Notes: generated by a model from the sequence alone, not told the origin. A DNA stretch of 63,223 nt, filler included, from an uncultured bacterium (GCA_964543655.1; 5 parts of 5 records of this genome joined end to end with filler, not necessarily neighbours in it), one strand, 5' to 3'. Shown: positions 19,962 through 31,956, counted from the whole stretch's first letter. Translations and numbers: made by a program.

Positions 19962-21331
19962 AATTCTCCCCAATTAATATTAAGAGCTTTCATTTTTCTG
20001 TAAAGATTCCTTCTGGTAACTCCCATCATTTCAGCGGTTTTTGTGATGTTTCCTTTATTAATTTTAATCTTTTTTTCAATAAACATCTTTTCAAAAGTTC
20101 TAACAGCATCATCTAATTTTTCAAATTTATCTATAAGAGAGCAGATAGCTTCTTCATTTTCAGTAAACTTTCCATAAAGATACTTTTCTATATCTTCTGC
20201 TCTAATTGTGTCACTATCTACAAGGATAACAAGTCTTTCCATTAAATTTTTTAATTCTCTAACATTGCCAGGCCAATTATGTTTTTGTAGTAATAGCATT
20301 GCATCTTCAGAAATCTCCTTGGACCTACCTGTATGCTCAAATGAAAATTTATTTAAAAAATATTTAGCAAGAATAGGTATATCTTCAACTCTTTCTCTTA
20401 ATGGTGGAACATGGATTGGAATAACATTTAATCTATAGTAAAGATCTTCTCGAAATTTACCATTTCTTATCTCTTCTAAAAGGTTTTTGTTGGTAGCTGC
20501 AATAACTCTAACATCAACTTTAATAACCTCATGGCCTCCTACCCTTTCAAATTTCTGCTCCTGTAAAATTCTTAAAATCTTTGACTGTGTCCTGAGGCTC
20601 ATATCTCCTATTTCATCAAGAAATATTGTACCGCCATCAGCTAAATCAAACTTTCCTTTTTTCTGCTCAATTGCACCAGTAAAACTACCCTTTTCATGAC
20701 CAAACAATTCACTTTCAATTAGCTCTTCTGGTATTGCAGCACAGTTAACATCAACAAAAGGTTTATTAACCCTTTTGCTCTTTTTATGAATGAGCTTCGC
20801 TACCAATTCTTTCCCAGAGCCATTTTCACCAGTTATTAACACCCAGCTATCAGTTGGTGCTATTTTATCAATATCTTGCAATAATTTTTTTATAACAGGA
20901 CTATTGCCCAAAATTATTTCATCTTTTAGAAAATTTGATTTTAAAAATTCATTCTCTTCCTGAATTTTTTTATAATTCAAAGCATTTTTTATTAATATAA
21001 GAACTTTTTCAAGGGATAAAGGCTTTTCAATAAAATCAAATGCTCCTAACTTGGTTGTTTGAACTGCTGTTTCTATAGTACCGTGGCCTGAAATCATTAT
21101 AATGGGCAATGTAGGATAAATAGATTTAACTCGTTTTAAAACCTCTATTCCATCTATTTCATCCATCCAAATATCTAATAAAACTACATCTGGATTTTCT
21201 TGCTCAATAATTCTAATACCTTCAAAACCATCAAGAGCAGTTAAACATACATACCCCTCATCAGAGAGAACATCAGATAAAGAATCAAGAATATATTGTT
21301 CATCATCAATAATCAAAATTTTTTCATTCAT
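19958..21331 (-). CDS. ntrX: Sigma54-dependent response regulator, NtrX-like
   Basis: Receiver LLDIWM, MISGHG; AAA+ GENGSGKE, GSFTGA; Fis HTH. Confidence 0.85.
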   Translation of the reverse strand: MNEKILIIDDEQYILDSLSDVLSDEGYVCLTALDGFEGIRIIEQENPDVVLLDIWMDEIDGIEVLKRVKSIYPTLPIIMISGHGTIETAVQTTKLGAFDFIEKPLSLEKVLILIKNALNYKKIQEENEFLKSNFLKDEIILGNSPVIKKLLQDIDKIAPTDSWVLITGENGSGKELVAKLIHKKSKRVNKPFVDVNCAAIPEELIESELFGHEKGSFTGAIEQKKGKFDLADGGTIFLDEIGDMSLRTQSKILRILQEQKFERVGGHEVIKVDVRVIAATNKNLLEEIRNGKFREDLYYRLNVIPIHVPPLRERVEDIPILAKYFLNKFSFEHTGRSKEISEDAMLLLQKHNWPGNVRELKNLMERLVILVDSDTIRAEDIEKYLYGKFTENEEAICSLIDKFEKLDDAVRTFEKMFIEKKIKINKGNITKTAEMMGVTRRNLYRKMKALNINWGEL

Positions 21332-21346
21332 AATTAATTCCCCTAA

Positions 21347-23482
21347 CTACACAACAGGTAATAAAATTTCAACAATAGTGCCATAAGGTTTATTATTTTT
21401 AAAATTTATCTCACCATTATGGCTGTCAATAATTGATTTAACAATAGTAAGACCTATCCCTGTGCCTGATTTTTTTGTTGAGAAATAAGGTGTAAATATC
21501 TTATTTTTAATTTTCCTGTCTATACCTGTTCCATTATCAATAATTGATAATTTGATAAAGTTTTTATTTTTTAAATATTTTGTAATAATTGTAATCTCTT
21601 TTTTATCCCTTTCAACATCTTCAAAAGATTGTACAGCATTGTTTAATAAATTGGTTATTACTTGATAAATTTGCTTTTTGTCAACATGAATTTTAGGTAG
21701 ATTGTCCTCTAAAACAAATTTAAATTCTATATTTTTCCATGAGTTAACAAAAAAAGGTGTTAATTCTTTGATTAGCTCATTCATATTATGTGCTTCTACT
21801 TTTGTTTCTGGCATCTTAGCAAGATTAGAAAATTCATTAACAAGGTTTCTAATAACATCAACATATACTATAATATTTTTAATTGTTTTTTCAAACTCTT
21901 CCCTATCTTCACTTAATTTATTTAAGTATTTCTTTTTTAATCTCTGGGCAGATAGTTGAATTGGTGTTAAAGGATTTTTTATTTCATGTGCCACCCTTCT
22001 CGCAACCTCTTTCCATGCTGCTGCTCTTTGAGCAAGAGTTACCTGTGTTAAATCTGACATAACAATTAGATAGCCCAATGTTTCATCATCTTCACTTTTT
22101 AAAGTAGTTGCGAAAATAGATAGCATAATTATTTCATTTTCATTCCCCTGAATATTCATATTTTTGATAATTGTAGTTTTAAAACTTGATGAAAACTCAT
22201 TGAAAATATCAGTTATTATTTTCTTTAACGTATTATCTCCAAGGCTATTGTAGTGCAAGCCTATAATATCCTTTTTATTAATCTTCAGCAGTTTTTCAAC
22301 AAAGGTATTTATTGTATTAATAACTCCCTTTTTATCTATAGATATTACTCCACTGTTTACATTGTTAATAATTGTTTCAATATATTGCTGTCTTTCAAGT
22401 AGATTCCTTCTTGATATTTGAAGTTCCTGAACCATTCTCTGAAAAGATTCCACCAATAATTTAATTTCATCCTGTGATTTTATATTAATTTCAAAATCAA
22501 GATTCCCCTTGCTAATTTCATAAGTTGCCTTAACCAATTGATTTATTGGAGTAGTAATATCTTTAGCTATAAAAAAACCAAACCATGTTGCTGAAAATAT
22601 AATAACCATGGTTACAATTAATAGAGAAAAAATATACATCTTTTCAATTGGATTTTTCATTAACTTCAAATAAGAGTATTCAGCAATGTTCTGTGATATA
22701 GTTTTTGATGATTTTGTAATATCCCTGCCTGTTAAAAAATATGCTATAACAAAATTCTTTTTATCTTTATAATAGCCATAAATAATCTCTTTTTTTTCAA
22801 CAGAGACAATATCTGTTCCTTCAGATTTACCACTATTTAAAATAAATGCTTTTAATTTTGATAAATTTGGCTCAATAAACTTTTTAATATGCTCTGGAAA
22901 GTATCGCACTTTATAAATTTTATTATCCTTACCAAGTATATAGCCATTTATATAAAAATACTTTACTTTATCCTCTATATTTGCCCCTTTTTTCATAAGC
23001 TCGTAAATATCTTTTGTATATATAAGGATTTTGGTACGTTTTTCCTGGTAATATTTGTCAGCAATTTTCAATGAAGCTTCAAGATTATCTTCAACTTTTT
23101 TATTAAACCATCCTGTAATACTGCTTTTAACAATTACTGATGAAATTATAAACTGTAAAATTAGTGGAATAGTTGTAAATAGAAAAAAAGATATAACAAG
23201 TTTTCTACTTAATTTTTTTATTTTTTTCTGTTCTTTGCTAAAAAAAATCTTTACAAGATTTCTAAAAATTAAAAAAATTAGCAGGAGAATCAAAATAATA
23301 TTAATATTCAATAAGCTAAAAACAATAATATTTGAAGGTAGCGGTGTATTGTTAAATGTTATTTTGGCATAATAAACCTGTACAACTGTAGCTATAATTA
23401 ATGCAATAAAAGCAAGAATAATAATCCGCTTTTCCCTTGCTTTTTTTCTCTGTTCTTTTAATTTTTCATCTAAATTTTCCAT
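21347..23482 (-). CDS. ntrY: Sensor histidine kinase, NtrY-like
   Basis: TMs, HAMP, PAS, AAWKEVARRVAHEIKNPLTPIQLSAQRL. Confidence 0.88.
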   Translation of the reverse strand: MENLDEKLKEQRKKAREKRIIILAFIALIIATVVQVYYAKITFNNTPLPSNIIVFSLLNINIILILLLIFLIFRNLVKIFFSKEQKKIKKLSRKLVISFFLFTTIPLILQFIISSVIVKSSITGWFNKKVEDNLEASLKIADKYYQEKRTKILIYTKDIYELMKKGANIEDKVKYFYINGYILGKDNKIYKVRYFPEHIKKFIEPNLSKLKAFILNSGKSEGTDIVSVEKKEIIYGYYKDKKNFVIAYFLTGRDITKSSKTISQNIAEYSYLKLMKNPIEKMYIFSLLIVTMVIIFSATWFGFFIAKDITTPINQLVKATYEISKGNLDFEINIKSQDEIKLLVESFQRMVQELQISRRNLLERQQYIETIINNVNSGVISIDKKGVINTINTFVEKLLKINKKDIIGLHYNSLGDNTLKKIITDIFNEFSSSFKTTIIKNMNIQGNENEIIMLSIFATTLKSEDDETLGYLIVMSDLTQVTLAQRAAAWKEVARRVAHEIKNPLTPIQLSAQRLKKKYLNKLSEDREEFEKTIKNIIVYVDVIRNLVNEFSNLAKMPETKVEAHNMNELIKELTPFFVNSWKNIEFKFVLEDNLPKIHVDKKQIYQVITNLLNNAVQSFEDVERDKKEITIITKYLKNKNFIKLSIIDNGTGIDRKIKNKIFTPYFSTKKSGTGIGLTIVKSIIDSHNGEINFKNNKPYGTIVEILLPVV

Positions 23483-23483
23483 T

Positions 23484-24536
23484 TTAATTTACAGCAAAAA
23501 ATTTTTCTTCAAATTTTTTTACAATCCCATTTATTTCAAATGATGACAAAATCGCCATTGTCTCATGTGGCGGGATTGAGGAAGAAATAACCAGTTCATC
23601 AAAAGTAAGTGGCTTATCCTTTAATAGCTCATAAACTCTTTTTTCACTATTTGAAAAAGAGTTAAGGTCTATATTTAATTTTTCATTCTTGATAGTTAGT
23701 AAATGGGGAAAACTATTTTCTATTATATCAATTCCATTTTCAAGAAGAAAAGCTCCATTCTTAATTAAATAATTGCATCCCTTTGCTTTAAAATTGTAAA
23801 TATTCCCGGGAACAGCATAAATATCTTTTCCTTGATTAAGTGCAAAATCAGCAGTTATAAGAGAGCCGCTCTTTTTGCCAGCTTCAACAACAGCAATAGC
23901 TTTTGAAATACCACTTATAATTCTATTTCTCTTGGGAAAATTTTTAGGCTCTGGCTTGGTATCCAATGAAAACTCAGTAATAATTAAACCTGAATTGGAT
24001 ATCTTGCTAAACAGCAATCTGTTTTTAGCTGGATAAATAATGTTTATTCCGCACCCTAAAACAGCTATTGTAGAGCCTTTATTGTTAATAGCTTCCTCAT
24101 GTGCAATTGAGTCAATTCCCCTTGCAAAGCCACTAACTATAACAATTCTATATTTCACAAGCAATTTAACTAAATCTTTTGTTACATTTCTTCCATAATC
24201 TGTTGGATTTCTTGAACCTACAACAGCAACACTATTGTCACTTTTTAAAAGTTCTAAATTGCCAATACAGTAAAGTATCGGTGGTGGCGAATGAATCTGT
24301 TTTAAATTCTCAGGATAAAAATTATCTTGATATGTTACTATTTTTACATTAAGTTTTTTACAATTCTCAACTTCTTTTGCTGATTCTCTTAATATTTCAT
24401 CTTTATTAATTTCAGTAATATTATAATTTTCAAAAATATCTTTTGGTTTTTCATATTCTTGCAAATAATTTATAAAAGTAATGTCTCCAACTTTAGGTAA
24501 TTTTTTAATTGCAACCCAATAAATTAAATCTTCCAT
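23484..24536 (-). CDS. dprA: DNA-processing protein DprA
   Basis: VAVVGSR, VSGFARGID, FPKRNRIISG, SGSLITA. Confidence 0.96.
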   Translation of the reverse strand: MEDLIYWVAIKKLPKVGDITFINYLQEYEKPKDIFENYNITEINKDEILRESAKEVENCKKLNVKIVTYQDNFYPENLKQIHSPPPILYCIGNLELLKSDNSVAVVGSRNPTDYGRNVTKDLVKLLVKYRIVIVSGFARGIDSIAHEEAINNKGSTIAVLGCGINIIYPAKNRLLFSKISNSGLIITEFSLDTKPEPKNFPKRNRIISGISKAIAVVEAGKKSGSLITADFALNQGKDIYAVPGNIYNFKAKGCNYLIKNGAFLLENGIDIIENSFPHLLTIKNEKLNIDLNSFSNSEKRVYELLKDKPLTFDELVISSSIPPHETMAILSSFEINGIVKKFEEKFFAVN

Positions 24537-24539
24537 AAC

Positions 24540-25919
24540 TTAAATTTCATTAAAAAATTCATCTCCCTCTGATGGGATAAAATCAATATCATCCTCTCTT
24601 GCAAGATTTTTAAATGTTGTTAACTTATGGTCAAAAAATAGCTCAACTGTACCTGTGGGACCATTACGCTGTTTACCAATAATAATCTCAGCACTTCCTT
24701 TGTTGTCTTCCCTGTTTTTATTATAAACCTCATCACGATAAATAAATAGTATAACATCAGCATCTTGCTCTATTGCACCTGATTCCCTTAAATCTGCAAG
24801 CTGTGGCCTTTTGTCGCTTCTCATTTCAACACCTCTGTTAAGCTGCGACAGGGCAACAACAGGTATCTTTAATTCTCTTGCTAAATTCTTTAATGACCTT
24901 GAAATTTCAGATATTTCCCGCTCTCTTGATTCTCTGTTTTCAAAGCCTCTTATTAGTTGTAAATAATCTATCATTAACATCTGAATATTTTCCTGAGCTT
25001 TTAACCTTCTTGCTTTAGCTCTAATTTCAAGAATTGTCATTGCTGGTGTATCATCAATAAAAAGTTTCCCTTCTGCTAATACTCCTGCTGCCTGACTTAT
25101 CTTTGGCCATTCATCCTTGGTTATCATTCCACTTCTCATTTTATTGGAATTTATTCCACTAAAACTTGATAATAATCTATAAGCAAGTTGCTCTTTTGAC
25201 ATTTCAAGTGAAAAAAAAGCAATGGGGATTTTCTTGTGAACTGCAACATTCCCGGCAATATTCAGGGCAAAAGCTGTTTTACCCATACTTGGTCTTCCTG
25301 CAATTATTATAAGGTCAGAAGATTGGAATCCCCTTGTTTTATTATCAAGTGCATAAAAACCAGTGGGAATACCTGAAATGCTTGTCTGACTTTTATATAA
25401 TTCCTGTACTTTTTCAACAGCATCCCATATTAAACTTTTAATATTGGAAAAAGTAGTCTGAAAACGATTTTCACTTAATTCAAAATATTTTTTTTCAATT
25501 GAATCAAGAAATTCTTCAATACTCTCTGGCTCTTGATAACATTTCTCAATAACTTCAGTTGAAGTTTTTATTACTTCTCTTAAAATAGATTTTTCTTTTA
25601 CAATTTTAGCATAATTTACAACATTTGCAGTAGTTGGAACTTCATCAATAATTGCTGAAATTTCACCAACTCCACCTACCTGCTCAAGCAGTTTATTTTT
25701 ATTTAAATGCTCTGTAATTGTAAGAATATCAATAGGCTCTTTTTTATTGTAAAGTTGTAACATTGCTTTAAAAATTATTTCATAAGGTTTATGGTAAAAA
25801 TCTGATGGTTTTAAAAGATCAACCAATAGATCTAAAATCTTATTTTCTAAAAAAATTGCTCCAAGAACTGATTTCTCTGCTTCTAAATTATGTGGTGCCT
25901 GTTTTATATATGATGTCAT
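24540..25919 (-). CDS. dnaB: Replicative DNA helicase
   Basis: AGRPSMGKT, IDYLQL, DLRESGAIEQDAD; no intein. Confidence 0.98.
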   Translation of the reverse strand: MTSYIKQAPHNLEAEKSVLGAIFLENKILDLLVDLLKPSDFYHKPYEIIFKAMLQLYNKKEPIDILTITEHLNKNKLLEQVGGVGEISAIIDEVPTTANVVNYAKIVKEKSILREVIKTSTEVIEKCYQEPESIEEFLDSIEKKYFELSENRFQTTFSNIKSLIWDAVEKVQELYKSQTSISGIPTGFYALDNKTRGFQSSDLIIIAGRPSMGKTAFALNIAGNVAVHKKIPIAFFSLEMSKEQLAYRLLSSFSGINSNKMRSGMITKDEWPKISQAAGVLAEGKLFIDDTPAMTILEIRAKARRLKAQENIQMLMIDYLQLIRGFENRESREREISEISRSLKNLARELKIPVVALSQLNRGVEMRSDKRPQLADLRESGAIEQDADVILFIYRDEVYNKNREDNKGSAEIIIGKQRNGPTGTVELFFDHKLTTFKNLAREDDIDFIPSEGDEFFNEI

Positions 25920-26737
25920 TGTTGCTCCATATTTTTCAAAAAATTATAAATTTTGTTTTTTTTCATATTATACTTGTTTGATATAAAATAAGCAATATCT
26001 TTTGTTGAAATTTTTAACTCTTGCAAAATTTTAATATCATCCAAAAATTCAAACTTCTCATTATCCTTCTTTTTAGTTTTTGAAACAGCTATAACAAATT
26101 CTCCTTTAATGTTAATATTAGATAATTTTTCATAAATTTCCAAAATATTTCCAAAAATAATCTCTTCATGAACCTTTGTTAATTCTCTACCTATAACTAT
26201 ATCAAGGGTGGTATCCAAATCTTTTAAAATAGTTATTGAATCCACCACTCTTTTAGGAGACTCAAAAAATAGAAAAGGGTATTTTAAATTAATTAATTTT
26301 TGAAAATTCTCTCTTTTTAATTTTAAATTTTTCTCAGAAAATCCCAAGAAAATAAAATTTTTTGTATCAAAAGGTGTTACTGATAAAATAGTGGAAATAG
26401 CTGATACCCCCGGGATAGGAGTTACTTTAATACCATTTTCATAAGCAAATTTCACTATCATTTTACCAGGATCAGAGATTAGTGGTGTACCAGCATCTGA
26501 AACTACTGCAATTTTCTCTATATTTTCAAATTCTTTTGATAAAAATTCCAATCTTTTACTTTCATTAAATTCATTGCAGCTTAAAATCTTTTTTTGAATA
26601 TTAAATTTATTTAACAGTTTCATAGTCACCCTGGTATCTTCTGCAAAAATCAAATCAACCTCAGAAAGTATTTTTATAGCTCTATTAGTAATATCATTTA
26701 AATTGCCTATTGGAGTTGCAACTATAAAAATTTCCAT
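25916..26737 (-). CDS. rsmI: 16S rRNA C1402 2'-O-methyltransferase
   Basis: VATPIGNL, AEDTR, SDAGTPLISDPG, RELTKVHEE. Confidence 0.96.
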   Translation of the reverse strand: MEIFIVATPIGNLNDITNRAIKILSEVDLIFAEDTRVTMKLLNKFNIQKKILSCNEFNESKRLEFLSKEFENIEKIAVVSDAGTPLISDPGKMIVKFAYENGIKVTPIPGVSAISTILSVTPFDTKNFIFLGFSEKNLKLKRENFQKLINLKYPFLFFESPKRVVDSITILKDLDTTLDIVIGRELTKVHEEIIFGNILEIYEKLSNINIKGEFVIAVSKTKKKDNEKFEFLDDIKILQELKISTKDIAYFISNKYNMKKNKIYNFLKNMEQQ

Positions 26738-26777
26738 ACTTTCTTATATTTATAAAAAAATAAAAAATCAATAAAAA

Positions 26778-26806
26778 TTGATTTTTTTTAAAATTTTTTG
26801 TATAAT
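26778..26806 (+). promoter_or_regulatory. Putative sigma70 promoter
   Basis: TTGATT-17-TATAAT about 30 nt upstream of the DJ-1 gene. Confidence 0.5.
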
Positions 26807-26837
26807 AGAGTAACAATGTTGTGGGGGATAAAATATT

Positions 26838-27365
26838 ATGGAAAATAATATTCTAATAATTTTATCTTTTAAAAATTTTAGAGATGAAGAGTTCAATATC
26901 CCCATAGAATTTTTTAGGAAAAAAGGGTTTAACATCACTCTTGCGTCAAACAAAGCAGGTAAAGCCAGAGGCATGAAAGGAACAGAAGTTGAAATATTCA
27001 ACACAATAGATACATTGGAGCCAGAAAAGTATGATGCTATAATTTTAGTTGGTGGCACAGGCTCAGAGGTTTTCTGGAATGACAAAACACTTCACTCTTT
27101 TTTAAAAAAGGCAAACCAGCAGAAAAAGATAATTGCAGCTTCTTATAAATCGCCTATTACCCTTGCCTATGCTGGAATTCTCAAAAATAAAAGAGCTACT
27201 GTATGGATTGGAGATAGAGATATTATTGATGAACTTGGAGCTTATTATACAGGCTCTTCCATTGAAATTGATGGAAATATTATTACTACAGATGGTCCCC
27301 ATTCAACTAAGATGTTTGCAGAAGAAATTTACAATCAAATAAAAAAGAACCACAATGAATCTTAA
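26838..27365 (+). CDS. DJ-1/PfpI family protein lacking the catalytic Cys
   Basis: FRDEEF, YDAIILVGG, DGNIITTDGP; AASYKSP in place of AAICxxP. Confidence 0.85.
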   Translation: MENNILIILSFKNFRDEEFNIPIEFFRKKGFNITLASNKAGKARGMKGTEVEIFNTIDTLEPEKYDAIILVGGTGSEVFWNDKTLHSFLKKANQQKKIIAASYKSPITLAYAGILKNKRATVWIGDRDIIDELGAYYTGSSIEIDGNIITTDGPHSTKMFAEEIYNQIKKNHNES

Positions 27366-28779
27366 AAAAATAGATGATTTTATTTGGGAAATACCAAAAC
27401 ATGGTAATATGCTTGTGCCTGGAAGGGTATTTGCCTCCAAAAAGTTAATTGATGCAATAGTTACTGATAATAGCCTGTTGCAGGTTAAAAATGTTGCAAC
27501 ACTACCTGGTATATTAGATTATTCAATTGCAATGCCAGATATTCATGAAGGATACGGTTTTCCCATAGGCGGAGTTGCTGCTGTTAATGTTGAGGATGGA
27601 TTTATTTCTCCTGGCGGTGTTGGTTATGATATTAACTGCGGTGTTAGACTGTTAAAAACAGACCTTTTTTACAGAGATATAAAAAATAGATTAGAGAGTA
27701 TTTTAATAGCTCTATTTTCATCAGTTCCATCAGGTGTTGGCTCAAAAAATGCCATAAAAAAAATTTCAAACAAAGAGTTTAAAAAAGTTTTGAAAAAGGG
27801 AGCTAAATGGGCTGTTGAAAATGGTTTTGGTACTGAAGTTGATTTAACTTTCACTGAGGATAATGGCTGTATAGAAAATGAAGGGTACAAATATGTCTCT
27901 GATAGAGCCATTGATAGGGGCAGGCAGCAGCTTGGAACTTTAGGTTCCGGTAACCATTTTCTCGAAATTAACGTTGTTGAAGAAATATACAATAGCGAAA
28001 TTTGTAACTATTTAAATATTCACCTGGAGCAGATACTAATTTTATTCCACACTGGCTCAAGAGGTTTTGGTTATCAGGTTTGTGATGATTTCTTAAAAAT
28101 TATGAGAAAAAATGCCAATAAATTCAATTATAATCCTCCAGATAAGCAATTAATTGCATTACCATTTAAATCTGACATTGGGAAAAAATATTTTAATTCC
28201 ATGAATGCAGCTGCTAACTTTGCATATGCTAATAGGCAAATTATCAAATCTATTATTGAGGAAACTTTAATAAACTCTTTAAAAATCTCTCCTTCTGAAT
28301 TAAACTTAAAACAGATATACGATATATGTCACAACATTGCAAAATTGGAAACTTACAAAGGCCAAACTGTACTTGTTCATAGGAAAGGTGCTACAAGGGC
28401 TTTTAGCAGTGGTTCCAAAGATATTCCTTTAGATTACAGAAATATTGGTCAACCAATAATTATTCCTGGAGATATGGGCTCAGGTTCATACCTTTTAATT
28501 GGTTGTGAAAAAGCTCTTGATTATACTTTTGCAAGCTGCTGTCATGGTGCTGGAAGGGTTTTAAGCAGAAAAAAAGCATTAAAAAGTCTTAACAGTAACG
28601 AGATAGTAAAAAATCTTGAAAATAAAGGTATACATATAATTGCCAGAAATAAGCGCACAATTGCAGAAGAATTACCAGAGGCATATAAAGATGTGGATGA
28701 GGTAGTAAAAGTGGTTGTTAGATGCGGACTTGTGAAAAAATTAGCACGATTTAGACCAGTTGCTGTAATGAAAGGATAA
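27355..28779 (+). CDS. rtcB: RNA ligase RtcB
   Basis: MPDIHEGYGFPIGG, GYDINCG, GSGNHFLE, HRKGAT, HGAGR. Confidence 0.97.
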   Translation: MNLKKIDDFIWEIPKHGNMLVPGRVFASKKLIDAIVTDNSLLQVKNVATLPGILDYSIAMPDIHEGYGFPIGGVAAVNVEDGFISPGGVGYDINCGVRLLKTDLFYRDIKNRLESILIALFSSVPSGVGSKNAIKKISNKEFKKVLKKGAKWAVENGFGTEVDLTFTEDNGCIENEGYKYVSDRAIDRGRQQLGTLGSGNHFLEINVVEEIYNSEICNYLNIHLEQILILFHTGSRGFGYQVCDDFLKIMRKNANKFNYNPPDKQLIALPFKSDIGKKYFNSMNAAANFAYANRQIIKSIIEETLINSLKISPSELNLKQIYDICHNIAKLETYKGQTVLVHRKGATRAFSSGSKDIPLDYRNIGQPIIIPGDMGSGSYLLIGCEKALDYTFASCCHGAGRVLSRKKALKSLNSNEIVKNLENKGIHIIARNKRTIAEELPEAYKDVDEVVKVVVRCGLVKKLARFRPVAVMKG

Positions 28780-28782
28780 AAA

Positions 28783-30033
28783 ATGTTTCAAAAAGTTCTT
28801 ACATTCATTCTTGCAGGAGGTGAGGGGAGCAGACTCTACCCACTTACTATAGAAAGGGCAAAACCTGCTGTTCCTTTTGGTGGCAAATATAGAATAATAG
28901 ATTTTACCCTTTCCAATTGTATTAATTCAGGTTTTAAAAAAATTTATGTTTTAACCCAGTACAAATCTCATTCTTTACACTCTCATCTTAGAAGAGGCTG
29001 GTCAATTTTTAACCCTGAAATAGATGAATTCATTGTTCCTATCCCTGCACAAATGAGACTTGGCAAACGCTGGTATGAAGGTACCGCAGATGCAATTTAT
29101 CAAAATATGCATCTAATTGATGATAGCTTAATTAGGCCAGATTATATTGTAATTCTCTCAGGTGACCATATTTATAAAATGAACTATGCAAAAATGCTCG
29201 AATTTCATATTGATAAAAATGCTGATCTTACAATTGCCTCAATAAAAGTCAATGTTAAAGAAGCAAGCTCCCTTGGAATTATGGAAATAAACCCTGATTA
29301 TAAAATTGTTGGTTTTGAAGAAAAACCTGAAAATCCAAAAACAATACCTGATGATAAAAATTTTTCCCTTGCTTCAATGGGAATTTATATATTTACAACA
29401 AAGCTTTTACAAGAAATTCTTGAAGATGATGCTAATGATAAGAATAGCTCTCACGATTTTGGAAAAAATATTATACCTGCAATGATAAAATCACACAATG
29501 TTTATTGCTATCCTTTTCATCACAATAGAGATGCTAAAGATTCAAATTATTGGAGAGATGTAGGTACTTTAGAGGCATATTTTGATTCAAACATGGATCT
29601 TGCTTATGTTGACCCTAAATTTAATCTTTATGAAGAAGAATGGCCAATTAGAACCTACAATGCTCAATCACCACCTGCAAAATTTGTATTTGCCAATATT
29701 AGAGAAAGACGTGTTGGTCAGGCTCTTGATTCTATTATCTGTGATGGAGTAATTATTAGTGGAGGTAAAGTTGAAAATTCCATCCTTTCACCAAAAGTCA
29801 GGGTTAATAGCTTTTCATTTGTTAAAAATTGTATTCTCTTTCATGGAGTTAATATTGGTAGAAAAGCAAGGTTAAGGAATGTTATTATTGATAAAAATGT
29901 TGATATTCCTCAAGGTGAAGAAATAGGTTTTGATAGTGAGAAAGATAGAAAAAGATTCCATGTTACTGAAAATGGAATAGTTGTTATTCCAAAGGGGTAT
30001 AAATTCAAAAATAAGGAGGTATTTTATGTTTAG
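28783..30033 (+). CDS. glgC: Glucose-1-phosphate adenylyltransferase
   Basis: LAGGEGSRL, RAKPAVPFGG, GDHIYKM, YWRDVGT. Confidence 0.97.
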   Translation: MFQKVLTFILAGGEGSRLYPLTIERAKPAVPFGGKYRIIDFTLSNCINSGFKKIYVLTQYKSHSLHSHLRRGWSIFNPEIDEFIVPIPAQMRLGKRWYEGTADAIYQNMHLIDDSLIRPDYIVILSGDHIYKMNYAKMLEFHIDKNADLTIASIKVNVKEASSLGIMEINPDYKIVGFEEKPENPKTIPDDKNFSLASMGIYIFTTKLLQEILEDDANDKNSSHDFGKNIIPAMIKSHNVYCYPFHHNRDAKDSNYWRDVGTLEAYFDSNMDLAYVDPKFNLYEEEWPIRTYNAQSPPAKFVFANIRERRVGQALDSIICDGVIISGGKVENSILSPKVRVNSFSFVKNCILFHGVNIGRKARLRNVIIDKNVDIPQGEEIGFDSEKDRKRFHVTENGIVVIPKGYKFKNKEVFYV

Positions 30034-30478
30034 AAAAATTGTTTTTCCAATAAGTGGTGATGAAATTAATGAAGAAGATATTAATTTAGTTACAGATGTT
30101 GCTCAAAAATATAGTAGTGAGCTATTTTTAATTACTGTATCAGAAATTTACCATACAGCTCTTTCTGATTTAAATGTACCAGAAGAATTGTTTGAGCAGC
30201 ATAGAAAATTACTTGAAGATTACTTGAATAAATATAAAGAAAAATTTGAAAAAAAGGGTATTAAAACCTTTATTACTGTAAAAGAAGGCACACCTTACAG
30301 AGAGATTGTAGAGTATGCAGAAAAAATAAAAGCAGGGTTGATTATTATACCCACTCATGGTAGAACAGGACTGCCTGCTTTTATTATGGGTAGTGTTGCA
30401 CAGAAAGTTGTAAAGTTTGCAAAATGCCCTGTTCTTACCTTTAAACCACATTTTAAGGAGGAGTACATCAATGAGTAA
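30026..30478 (+). CDS. Universal stress protein
   Basis: MFRKIVFP, THGRTG, GSVAQKVV..AKCPVL; AGGAGG RBS before 30026. Confidence 0.92.
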   Translation: MFRKIVFPISGDEINEEDINLVTDVAQKYSSELFLITVSEIYHTALSDLNVPEELFEQHRKLLEDYLNKYKEKFEKKGIKTFITVKEGTPYREIVEYAEKIKAGLIIIPTHGRTGLPAFIMGSVAQKVVKFAKCPVLTFKPHFKEEYINE

Positions 30479-30611
30479 ATTGGTTAATTTTATTGTTAAA
30501 ACAAAAGATTGTAAAGAAGTTGATATAAAAAAGGCATTGAAAGAAGCAGGAATTAATGTTATTAGCGTGGCAACTGTTCATAAAGAAACAGTTAATGAGA
30601 AAAATAACTAA
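30471..30611 (+). CDS. Small hypothetical protein (46 aa)
   Basis: AGGAGG RBS; ATG overlaps the usp end; fills the gap to eno. Confidence 0.6.
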   Translation: MSKLVNFIVKTKDCKEVDIKKALKEAGINVISVATVHKETVNEKNN

Positions 30612-30631
30612 TTTCTCAAATTTATTAATGA

Positions 30632-31924
<1,293 letters not shown>

Positions 31925-31927
31925 ATT

Positions 31928-31949
31928 AAGGGGCATCAGCCCCTTTTTT
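31928..31949 (+). terminator. Intrinsic terminator after eno
   Basis: AAGGGGC-ATCA-GCCCCTT then T-run. Confidence 0.8.
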
Positions 31950-31956
31950 AAATATT

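Noticed and set aside
24540-28779. Possible inteins in dnaB or rtcB
   Set aside because: Both proteins have normal length and no intein motifs
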